From: a bacterium
Lineage (GTDB): Bacteria; Arandabacterota; Arandabacteria; Arandabacterales; JALGWA01
Assembly (NCBI GenBank): GCA_050125095.1
Contig: JASFEA010000052.1
Coordinates: 1-19,502, forward strand
Direction: 5' to 3'
DNA length: 19,502 nucleotides
The first letter of the stretch is position 1, and each line of letters opens with the position of its first letter. The translations under genes and the position numbers were made by a program. Under the pieces are notes generated by a model. It saw only the letters and a program-made list of their open reading frames with translations. It ran no database searches and was not told the origin of the DNA. Positions 8,322 through 16,154 of the stretch are shown here, one piece after another.

Positions 8322-11300
8322 CTATGATCTACGTTTGCCGCGCGCGTTCTTCACGAGCCCGGTCAGAGCGGCGGCCGCGTGCCCGGGCCTGAGCCCCCCT
8401 TCGAACAGGCTGTAAACCACCGGGATCAGGACCAGCGTAATCAGCGTCGACGAGATGAGGCCGCCTATCACCACGCGCGCCAGGGGGGCCTGGGCCTCGC
8501 CGCCCTCACCCAGACCGAATGAAAGCGGCACAAGCGCGAGCACCGTTGTGGCCGCAGTCATGAGAATGGGGCGGAGGCGCCGCGCGCCCGCGAGCCTGAT
8601 GGCTTCCATCATTTCCTTGCCCTCATCGCGCCTCAGGCGGTTGGTGTAATCCACGAGCAGTATGGCGTTGTTAACCACGATGCCGGCCAGCATGATGCAG
8701 CCTATGAAGGCCTGCATGCTGAATATAGTGGCCGTCAGGATCATCAGGAGGACTATCCCCACTATGGCCATGGGTATGGAGAAGAGCACCACGAATGGAT
8801 CGCGGAAGGACTCGAACTGGCCCGCCATCACAAGGTATACGAGCAGGACGGCGATGATGAATCCCAGCAGGAGCTCGCGGAAGGCCTCCTGCTGCTCCTC
8901 ATAGTCGCCGCCGAACAGGATGGCGAAGTCCCTGGGCACGGGCACTGACCTCAGGCCGTCGCGGATGTCCGAGATCACCGAGCCCATGTCGCGCCCCGTG
9001 AAGTTGGCGTCGACGGTTATGATGCGCTCCTGGTCCTTGCGCTCGATGCTGACCGGACCCTCTTCCGGGGCCGTCTTGATGACGTTCCTTAAGATCACCG
9101 GCTCGCCGCGGTTATTCACCACGGTGAGGTCGAGAAGGTCGTCGAGCTCGCGCCGATCTTCTTCGCTCAGGCGCACGAGTATTCGGTACTCCTTGCCGGC
9201 CTCGCGGTAATAGGAAGCATACGTACCGCCGACGGCGGTCTCCAGCGCGTCGCCGATGCGCGCTACCGTAAGCCCCAGGTCGGCGGCCTTCTGGCGGTCT
9301 ATGCTGATGACGCGTTCGGGGCTCCCTTCCTGGCGGCTCACCCGCGTATCCGTGATTCCCGGAACGTCCGCCACGACTTCTTCGACGCGTGCGGCCAGCC
9401 CCTGCGCGGTCTTAAGGTCATAACCGCGCACCTCCACGCTGATATTGTCGCCGCTCGATGAGCCCATGCGCAGCAGAAAGAGTCCCTGGCCCGCTCGCGT
9501 CCTCAGCGTAACCCCGGGAATGCCCGAGAGCGACCGCCTGAGTTCGTTTGCGACGTCCTCGCTGCTCCGCCTGCGCTCGGCCCTGGGAACGAGCGTGAGC
9601 CTCACCTGTGCGGTATGGCCTCCCCGTGAACGCCAGCCTCCACCGCCCACGCGGGAGAGCATCGACACCATCTCGGGCACCTCACGGCGCACGGTCTCCT
9701 CGATGGCAAGTACGGCACGGTCCACTACTTCGAGGCGAGTCCCCACCGCCATCTCTATGTCTATGCGCACTTCGCCCTCGTCCGCGGCGGGCATGAGCTC
9801 TACGCCTATGAAGCGGATCAGCACCACAGATATAACGAAGAGAAGCGCCGTCATACCGATAACCGACTTGCGGTGACCGAGCGCCCAGTCGAGGCTCCGT
9901 CTGTAGCGGTCCTCAATGCCGCATATGACGCGCTCGCTCGCGGCGAAAGCCCGCCTCAGCCAGCCGAGCCCACCCGGCCGGCGGCCGGGGATGCCTGCCC
10001 GGGCGGCGCCGGCTCCGGCCCCGGCTGCAACCGGGCCGCCTCCTTCAGCACTGCCGCCTGCGGGTACGCTGCATGGTCGCCTCGGGTCCCCCGCCGCCCC
10101 GAACCTCAAGAACTTGCTCGCCAGCACCGGGATCAGCGTGAGAGCTACGATGAGCGAGCACAAGAGCGAGAAACTCACCACGTAGGCCATCTGCCGGAAC
10201 ATGATACCCGAGATGCCGCGTATGAAGACCACGGGGAGGAAGACCACGATGGTCGTGAGCACGCTGGCGAGTATCGCAGCCGATACCTCACCGGTGCCCT
10301 TGACTGCGCTCACCTCGGGCGTCTCGCCCTGTTCACGGTGCCGGTATATGTTCTCTATGACCACGATTGCGCTGTCCACGAGCATGCCTATGCCCAGCGC
10401 GAGGCCCCCGAATGTCATGATGTTGAGGGTGAAGCCGCTGAAGTACATGAGGCCGAATGTCGCCAGCACCGAGATGGGAATGGCAGTGGCCACGATGGCC
10501 GTGGACGAGATGCTCCTCAGGAAGAGAAGCAGGATAACGATGGCGAGTATGCCGCCGAGTATGGCGGAACGACCGACATTGTTCACCGACTGCTTTATGT
10601 ACGTCGAGGTGTCGATGAGGGGGATGAGCCTTATCTGCGGGAGGTCGCGGTTGATGCGCTCGATCTCGGCGTTGGCGGCCTCGGCCACCTTGACCGTGTT
10701 TGCGCCCGACTGCTTGCTCACGGAGATCCGGAGGCCCGGCTGGCCGTCTATGCGTATGAGCTGCCGCACCTCTTCCCATGAGTCCTCAACCTGGGCGATG
10801 TCCCTGATCTGTATGGGCGTGCCGCCGCGCATGGTGACTACCGTGTACTCTATTTCTTCGATCGACGTGAACTCGCCCTGCGTCCTTATCAGGACCTCCG
10901 ACGTTCCCTTCTCGTAAAGCCCGGCGGGCACGTTGCGGTTCTCGTTGCGGAGAGCGGCTATCACGGCCTCGGCGGATATTCCGAGGGCCTTGAGTTTCGC
11001 AGCCTTGAGATTGACGTGGACCTCGCGCGTCAGGCCGCCCCATATATCGACGGCCGCCACGCCCGGCACGCGTTCGAGGCGGTACTTGACCTGGTCTTCC
11101 GTGAGCTGGCGGAGGTCGCGCGCATTCATATTGCTGGCGACGCCCGTTATAAGAATGGGAAATGCCGAAAGGTCGAACTTGCGTATCATGGGCCGCTCGA
11201 TGTCCTCCGGCAGCCTATCCAGCACCCGGTCTATGCGGTCGCGTATGTCATTGGCGGCCTCGTCGAGCTCGGTGCCCCAGGCGAAGGACATCCTCACCAG

Positions 11301-11567
11301 GCTCCGGCCCTCCGTGGAGCTGGAGCTTATCTCCTCTACGCCCTGCACGGCCGCGAGGGCCTCCTCTATGGGCCTGGTCACGAGCTCTTCCATCTCCTGC
11401 GGCCCTACGTTTCCGTAGCTCGTGACCACGGAAATCGTGGGATAGGTGATCTCGGGCATGAGATCGATGGAGAGCCTTGAGAGCGATACCGCGCCCAGAA
11501 TGATAACTACGAAGAATATGACCAGCGTCAGGATGGGCCGCCTTACCGGCCCCTCTGCAGTGTTCAT
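8322..11567 (-). CDS. RND efflux permease (AcrB/AcrD/AcrF family)
   Basis: 1081 aa; GMLVDSAIVVIENI, GIVVNNAILLVDY, RLRPILMT, PLARVVIGGL; two large periplasmic loops. Confidence 0.95.
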   Translation of the reverse strand: MNTAEGPVRRPILTLVIFFVVIILGAVSLSRLSIDLMPEITYPTISVVTSYGNVGPQEMEELVTRPIEEALAAVQGVEEISSSSTEGRSLVRMSFAWGTELDEAANDIRDRIDRVLDRLPEDIERPMIRKFDLSAFPILITGVASNMNARDLRQLTEDQVKYRLERVPGVAAVDIWGGLTREVHVNLKAAKLKALGISAEAVIAALRNENRNVPAGLYEKGTSEVLIRTQGEFTSIEEIEYTVVTMRGGTPIQIRDIAQVEDSWEEVRQLIRIDGQPGLRISVSKQSGANTVKVAEAANAEIERINRDLPQIRLIPLIDTSTYIKQSVNNVGRSAILGGILAIVILLLFLRSISSTAIVATAIPISVLATFGLMYFSGFTLNIMTFGGLALGIGMLVDSAIVVIENIYRHREQGETPEVSAVKGTGEVSAAILASVLTTIVVFLPVVFIRGISGIMFRQMAYVVSFSLLCSLIVALTLIPVLASKFLRFGAAGDPRRPCSVPAGGSAEGGGPVAAGAGAGAARAGIPGRRPGGLGWLRRAFAASERVICGIEDRYRRSLDWALGHRKSVIGMTALLFVISVVLIRFIGVELMPAADEGEVRIDIEMAVGTRLEVVDRAVLAIEETVRREVPEMVSMLSRVGGGGWRSRGGHTAQVRLTLVPRAERRRSSEDVANELRRSLSGIPGVTLRTRAGQGLFLLRMGSSSGDNISVEVRGYDLKTAQGLAARVEEVVADVPGITDTRVSRQEGSPERVISIDRQKAADLGLTVARIGDALETAVGGTYASYYREAGKEYRILVRLSEEDRRELDDLLDLTVVNNRGEPVILRNVIKTAPEEGPVSIERKDQERIITVDANFTGRDMGSVISDIRDGLRSVPVPRDFAILFGGDYEEQQEAFRELLLGFIIAVLLVYLVMAGQFESFRDPFVVLFSIPMAIVGIVLLMILTATIFSMQAFIGCIMLAGIVVNNAILLVDYTNRLRRDEGKEMMEAIRLAGARRLRPILMTAATTVLALVPLSFGLGEGGEAQAPLARVVIGGLISSTLITLVLIPVVYSLFEGGLRPGHAAAALTGLVKNARGKRRS

Positions 11568-11588
11568 AAGCGCTGCCGCCTCACCTCT

Positions 11589-12767
11589 TTAGGCCTCGGG
11601 CCCGCCGCCCGGCTCGCCGCCTTCACCTTCGGGCAGAATCACGGTGCTCCCTTCCTGGAGAAGATGCTGGCCCAGCGTCACCACCCGGCCTGTGAGCACG
11701 GGCTCCAGGATTTCGGTAAGGTCGGAGGAGGTTATGCCTACGCGCACGGAAACATAGTGCGCTGTGGTCTCGCCGTCGCGCACCAGGAACAGGCCGCTGT
11801 CGCCGTTTCGCGTCACCACGGCCTGCGTGGGCACGACCTGCGCCGAGTCCTTCTCGGAGAGCGCCAGCGTCACCGTGCAGAACATGCCGGGTTTGAGGTA
11901 AAGGGAGTCGTTTGAGACAACCACTTCCATCTGCGCTACGCGCGAAGATTCCTCGAGCTTGGGCGCGATACGGCTCACCTGCCCGGCGAAGACCATGTCC
12001 GGGAAAGTGTCCACGCGGATGTCGGCCGTCTGGCCCGGCCTCACCTGGCCGTAGACGCGCTCTATCACCGTGGTCTGCACTATGACGGTGTCTATGCCGA
12101 TTACCGAGACAACCGGCGAGTTGGGAGAGAGGAGGCTTCCCTCATCGGCGAAGCGCTCTCCCACGAAGCCGGGCTCGGCCGCCACCAGGTTGGTGTATCC
12201 CAGGCGTATGCGAGCCGCGTTGAGGGCCGCCTGCCTCTGTTCCACCTGCGCCTCGGCAAGCTCTATCCGGGACCTGAGGGCGTCGTACTTGGTCTGGCCG
12301 GCGTCCAGGTCCGAGCGCGGGGCGATCTGCATCTCATGAAGCGACCTGACGCGCTCGAGCTCCTGACGGGCCAGTTCGAACTGGCTCTTGGTCTCGGCCA
12401 GATTGGCCCGGGCTATCCTCAGATTGGCCTCGGCCTCGAGCACCAGCTGCTGGTACTCGCCGTCGTCTATCCTGGCCACCAGCTCGCCCGTATCCACCCA
12501 GTCGCCGATGCGCTTGTTTATTCTGAGGATGCGGCCCGACACCTTGGGGGCCACAATGTACTGGTAAAGAGGGGATATAGTGCCGGTCATCTGCATGGTC
12601 TCGCGTATGGGCCGCCGGGACACCTCGGCGAGTTCCACGGCCACCGGCGGACTTGAAAAGCGTCCCGAGCCACCGCCCGTGCCGCCCATGACGAGCGCGC
12701 CGATGCGCCAGATAAGCACCGCGGCAAGCGCCCCTACCGCTATGTATGCAATTTGCTTTCTATTCAT
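11589..12767 (-). CDS. RND efflux periplasmic adaptor (membrane fusion protein)
   Basis: N-terminal TM; lipoyl-like PKVSGRI...GDWVDTGELVARID; alpha-hairpin; LKPGMF; directly upstream of the permease. Start may instead be TTG 12776. Confidence 0.93.
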   Translation of the reverse strand: MNRKQIAYIAVGALAAVLIWRIGALVMGGTGGGSGRFSSPPVAVELAEVSRRPIRETMQMTGTISPLYQYIVAPKVSGRILRINKRIGDWVDTGELVARIDDGEYQQLVLEAEANLRIARANLAETKSQFELARQELERVRSLHEMQIAPRSDLDAGQTKYDALRSRIELAEAQVEQRQAALNAARIRLGYTNLVAAEPGFVGERFADEGSLLSPNSPVVSVIGIDTVIVQTTVIERVYGQVRPGQTADIRVDTFPDMVFAGQVSRIAPKLEESSRVAQMEVVVSNDSLYLKPGMFCTVTLALSEKDSAQVVPTQAVVTRNGDSGLFLVRDGETTAHYVSVRVGITSSDLTEILEPVLTGRVVTLGQHLLQEGSTVILPEGEGGEPGGGPEA

Positions 12768-12827
12768 ATTCGCCAATCCGCCTTCGGGCCCCGCAGTTGT
12801 AAAGGTAATACCGGGGAAGACTATTTT

Positions 12828-12869
12828 CCACTATTAGATGCGGGATTACCACCATTAGATGTAAATCCC
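12828..12869. repeat. 13-bp direct repeat (21-bp period) overlapping a GGGATT/AATCCC inverted repeat upstream of the RND operon
   Basis: CCACTATTAGATG (12828-12840) and CCACCATTAGATG (12849-12861). Confidence 0.55.
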
Positions 12870-12944
12870 ATGCGCCGGCGCCGCCGCGACCGCAAGGGCG
12901 GGACCCCTCAGGGCAGCCGCCACGGCCGGCCTCAGCGCATGTGC

Positions 12945-12973
12945 TTGCGGCAGCAGCCTCACTTGGATATACT
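12945..12973 (+). promoter_or_regulatory. sigma70-type promoter
   Basis: TTGCGG-17 nt-TATACT; implies the ORF-track start at 12941 is too far upstream. Confidence 0.6.
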
Positions 12974-13024
12974 GAAACAGGAGCGAGCGGGAACCGCTAT
13001 ATTAATCTCAAAAGCGGGGTGGTC

Positions 13025-13669
13025 ATGAACCATGAGATCAAACTGGCCGAGAAGGAGAATCTCCGCCAGGAACTCCAGTCGCTCAAGGATTGCCAGGTTC
13101 GCTATTTCGCCGTAACCATCACGTCGGCTGCCGCCATACTCGGGATAGGGAGCCAGCTGGGCAGGCCGCAGGACCTTACCCTCCTTACTCTTGCGCCTCT
13201 TCTCATCACGCTGCCGTGCTGGTGGATCTTCTTCGACAAGGCCACAACCATCACCAGAATAGTCGCCTATGTCCGGGTGCTTGAGGAACTCATTATCGCA
13301 CCCGGGGAGGCCAGGCAGGAGTATATCGGCTGGGAGCGGGCGCTGTACCTGTTTCGACAGGACCTCCAGAGACTCAGACCGTCCGACCGCCTCAAGCGGC
13401 TGGGAGAGGGCCTCAAGGTCGGCGCGCTGCACGGGCTTACTTTCCGAACCACGCATCGGTACTGGGTCATTAACTGGTATACATTTCTGGGCATTTCCCT
13501 CTACTGCATAGTGCTCAGTCACTCGCGCACCGGGCACAATGGATACTGGGTGGTCTTTCTGGTGCTCTTCTGCGCCTCGAGTTTGTTTAACCTGAGCGTC
13601 CTGGGCAGGCTGATAGGGGGCGCAAACTCGTATGATTTCAATGAGACATCCTGGCGCAGGCTGCTGTAG
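13025..13669 (+). CDS. Hypothetical integral membrane protein (about 4 TM)
   Basis: N-terminal helix EKENLRQEL, two TM pairs separated by a soluble segment (ITRIVAYVRVLE...IGWE); ATG 13025 lies downstream of the promoter. Confidence 0.75.
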   Translation: MNHEIKLAEKENLRQELQSLKDCQVRYFAVTITSAAAILGIGSQLGRPQDLTLLTLAPLLITLPCWWIFFDKATTITRIVAYVRVLEELIIAPGEARQEYIGWERALYLFRQDLQRLRPSDRLKRLGEGLKVGALHGLTFRTTHRYWVINWYTFLGISLYCIVLSHSRTGHNGYWVVFLVLFCASSLFNLSVLGRLIGGANSYDFNETSWRRLL

Positions 13670-13710
13670 TGATTGTGAATTCGTCAATGCGTTCAGCCGT
13701 TTTGTGCCCA

Positions 13711-13739
13711 TGGACAGAGTCAGTTCTGAATGGTAAGAT
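13711..13739 (+). promoter_or_regulatory. sigma70 promoter with extended -10
   Basis: TGGACA-17 nt-TAAGAT with TG at 13731-13732. Confidence 0.55.
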
Positions 13740-13787
13740 TGTAAGGGGAGCAAAGACCAGGGCTGAGAACGGAGGGTGGTATCAATC

Positions 13788-14417
13788 ATGAGAACATTAG
13801 CGGTATTTATAGCGGTGGCAGTGCTGTCGCTGGCGCTTCTCACTTCCTGCAGCGACGACGAGGCAGCTCAGAACACCGAGCCGGAGTACTCTCGGGCCAC
13901 GCCCGAGGAGCTCATAGCCGCGCTGGCATACGCCCTCGAGGAAGAGCAAATTCTCATCTACGATGAGTGCCTGCATGACGAGTACCAATTCGAATTCCTG
14001 CCCCAGGACGCTGACGACGCGGGGCTTCCGCCCGAGGCGCCCTGGTGGGGAAAGACCCAGGATGTATCTGCCGTATCGGGCGTATTCTCGGACCCCATGG
14101 TCAAGAATATAGAAAGCGAGATCTGTGTCGACGCGGGCCCATGGACTTTGCCTGAAGGCGTGGGTTACAGGCTCGATCCCTCCATGGAGTTCACCATTAG
14201 CAGAGAGAGCGTGCCTGAGGACACGACGCTCTATGTCGGCAATTCATATCTGTACGTGGAGATCGCGCGTGACCCTTACGACGATGATCTATGGGTATTC
14301 AAGACAATAGAGGAGAGACTGAAGGAAGGCCTGAGTGCGTCCTCGGTGCTTGATTCTCATTCATCTTCAACACCCTACACCACGCTCGGCAGCATGAAGG
14401 CCAGATACGCGAAGTGA
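13788..14417 (+). CDS. Lipoprotein of the 'CLHDEY/GLPP-PWWG' family with degenerate TLGSMKARY tail
   Basis: Lipobox LTSC; GGAGGG RBS; aligns over its whole length with 7376..8014. Confidence 0.88.
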   Translation: MRTLAVFIAVAVLSLALLTSCSDDEAAQNTEPEYSRATPEELIAALAYALEEEQILIYDECLHDEYQFEFLPQDADDAGLPPEAPWWGKTQDVSAVSGVFSDPMVKNIESEICVDAGPWTLPEGVGYRLDPSMEFTISRESVPEDTTLYVGNSYLYVEIARDPYDDDLWVFKTIEERLKEGLSASSVLDSHSSSTPYTTLGSMKARYAK

Positions 14418-14427
14418 GGTGATTTCA

Positions 14428-15648
14428 ATGGAGAATTCGCTAAGAGCAACTGCGGTACTGTTTGCAATTACCACATTCGTGACGGCATATCCGGCTCTTG
14501 CACGCGACTGGTACGTCAGGCCCGACGGCACCGGAGACGCCCCCACCATACAGGCCGCCATAGACTCGGCAGCCTCAGGCGATGAGGTGTTCTTGACGAA
14601 CGGGGTGTTCACCGGCGACGGCAACCGCGATATCGACACCGGCGGCAAGGCCGTGGTCATAAGATCAGAAGGCGGCGATCCGGACTCGTGCGTCATCGAC
14701 TGCCAGGCGAACAGCCTCGACCCCCACCGGGGCTTCAACTTCTCCAATGGGGAGGGACCTACGACGAGACTTGAGGGCATCATGATAAAGAACGGCTGGC
14801 AGCATGGCGCTGCCGTCCGCATAAGATATGCCTCGCCGGCGATCATGGGCTGCAAGATGTGCGGCGGCAAGGGCGGAACGGGAGGGGCGCTCAACATCTC
14901 CGGCGGCTCCGAGGCCACGTTCGAAGACTGCGAGTTCTTCTCCAATACCGCGAGCGACGGCGGAGCCGCGGCCATAGGGGGAGAGGTCCGCCCGGTCTTC
15001 ATATCATGCTATTTCCACCACAACACCGCAAATGTGGAAGGAGGGGGTATACGGGCAGGCGACGCGAGTCTTGAGCTTGTCGACTGCATCTTTACCCACA
15101 ATCACGGGTATGAGGGCGGGGCAATCCATCTCGACCTCTGCGAGTCCGACCTCCTGATTACGGGATGCACTTTCGCTCACAACTCGGCTGACCATGGGGC
15201 GGGCATCTATAACTCGCGCGGCTCGCCGACATTTGAATACTCCACCTTCGTGTATAACGGCGGCCCTCACATTTTCTACTTCGGACGGGAGGTGCAACTC
15301 GTCAATTGCATCCTGGCCTACTCCGCTTCCGGCCCGGCCATTTACTGCAATATCTCCGACCCCGGACCGACTCTCACCTGCTGCGACATCTACGGTAACG
15401 CCGGCGGCGACTGGGTCGGCTGCTATGCGGCGCAGCTGGGAATCAACGGCAATCTCTCTGCCTGCCCGTCCTTCTGCTGGGCCGATGAGGGCGACTATCG
15501 CCTATGTGACGAGTCGCCTTGCGCACCCGGCAATCACCCTGACGGTTACGAATGCGGGCTCATAGGAGCATGGGAGGTAGGCTGCTCCTGCGGACCCACG
15601 CGGGCCGAACCTACAACCTGGGGCAAAATGAAGGCAATGTACAGGTAG
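14428..15648 (+). CDS. Secreted right-handed beta-helix (pectin-lyase-like/Pmp-repeat) protein with C-terminal TWGKMKAMYR tail
   Basis: GAGGTG RBS; signal peptide ALA-R; DGTGDAPTIQAAIDSA; FxxN...GG[AG] repeats; CCDIYGNAGGDWVG cap shared with 4070..5140. Confidence 0.87.
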   Translation: MENSLRATAVLFAITTFVTAYPALARDWYVRPDGTGDAPTIQAAIDSAASGDEVFLTNGVFTGDGNRDIDTGGKAVVIRSEGGDPDSCVIDCQANSLDPHRGFNFSNGEGPTTRLEGIMIKNGWQHGAAVRIRYASPAIMGCKMCGGKGGTGGALNISGGSEATFEDCEFFSNTASDGGAAAIGGEVRPVFISCYFHHNTANVEGGGIRAGDASLELVDCIFTHNHGYEGGAIHLDLCESDLLITGCTFAHNSADHGAGIYNSRGSPTFEYSTFVYNGGPHIFYFGREVQLVNCILAYSASGPAIYCNISDPGPTLTCCDIYGNAGGDWVGCYAAQLGINGNLSACPSFCWADEGDYRLCDESPCAPGNHPDGYECGLIGAWEVGCSCGPTRAEPTTWGKMKAMYR

Positions 15649-15681
15649 CACCGGAGCAACACCGGGAAAGGAGAACTCGAC

Positions 15682-15978
15682 GTGGGATCCCTCGGCATCG
15701 ATTCGCTTCGCAGCGAATACCCCAAGATGACAGACGAGCAGGCGGCCACGGCCTACGCCCGCGAGAACGGATTCATCGTAGTAATGAAGTACAAGAACTC
15801 GAAGGACGCCTCTGACTACACAGATATCGCCGCGTGCATCAACGAAGATGAGGTAGCGGCGTACATGGCGAGCCAGTACTGCCACGACCCCGTGGTCATA
15901 TACGATGTGAGCAGGGGTATCGGGGCCGAGCCGCCGGAGAAGAAGCCGCGCGCCTGGTGGCAATTCTGGAAGAGGTAG
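15682..15978 (+). CDS. Small hypothetical protein with C-terminal KKPRAWWQFWKR tail
   Basis: AAGGAG RBS before GTG; codon pattern like neighbouring genes; basic-aromatic tail. Confidence 0.75.
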   Translation: MGSLGIDSLRSEYPKMTDEQAATAYARENGFIVVMKYKNSKDASDYTDIAACINEDEVAAYMASQYCHDPVVIYDVSRGIGAEPPEKKPRAWWQFWKR

Positions 15979-16095
15979 ATGCTTCGCCAGGCGGGGCGGC
16001 CCTGACAAACACACAATGCCCGCCGAATCACATCCCGCGGCGTGAGGGCTTTGCAGCAGCCGCACCAAAAACCCCTTTCGCACACGATCTAAACA

Positions 16096-16104
16096 TGATA
16101 TAAT
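16096..16104 (+). promoter_or_regulatory. Extended -10 promoter element for the aminotransferase gene
   Basis: TGaTATAAT in an AT-rich patch about 50 nt before ATG 16155. Confidence 0.6.
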
Positions 16105-16154
16105 AGTATTGTAAGTATATAGACTAAGGAGACTTCAGAATAGGGGGCTTTAGA

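Noticed and set aside
9873-10917. Long plus-strand ORFs (302 and 238 aa)
   Set aside because: Shadow frames of the GC-rich RND permease gene.
12959-13843. 294-aa minus-strand ORF
   Set aside because: Antisense to the membrane protein and lipoprotein genes, which have promoter and motif support; no recognisable motifs.
2-15648. Diversity-generating retroelement or integron explanation for the paralogs and shared tails
   Set aside because: No reverse transcriptase, integrase, attC-like sites or near-identical TR/VR nucleotide repeats seen; paralogs differ at all base types.
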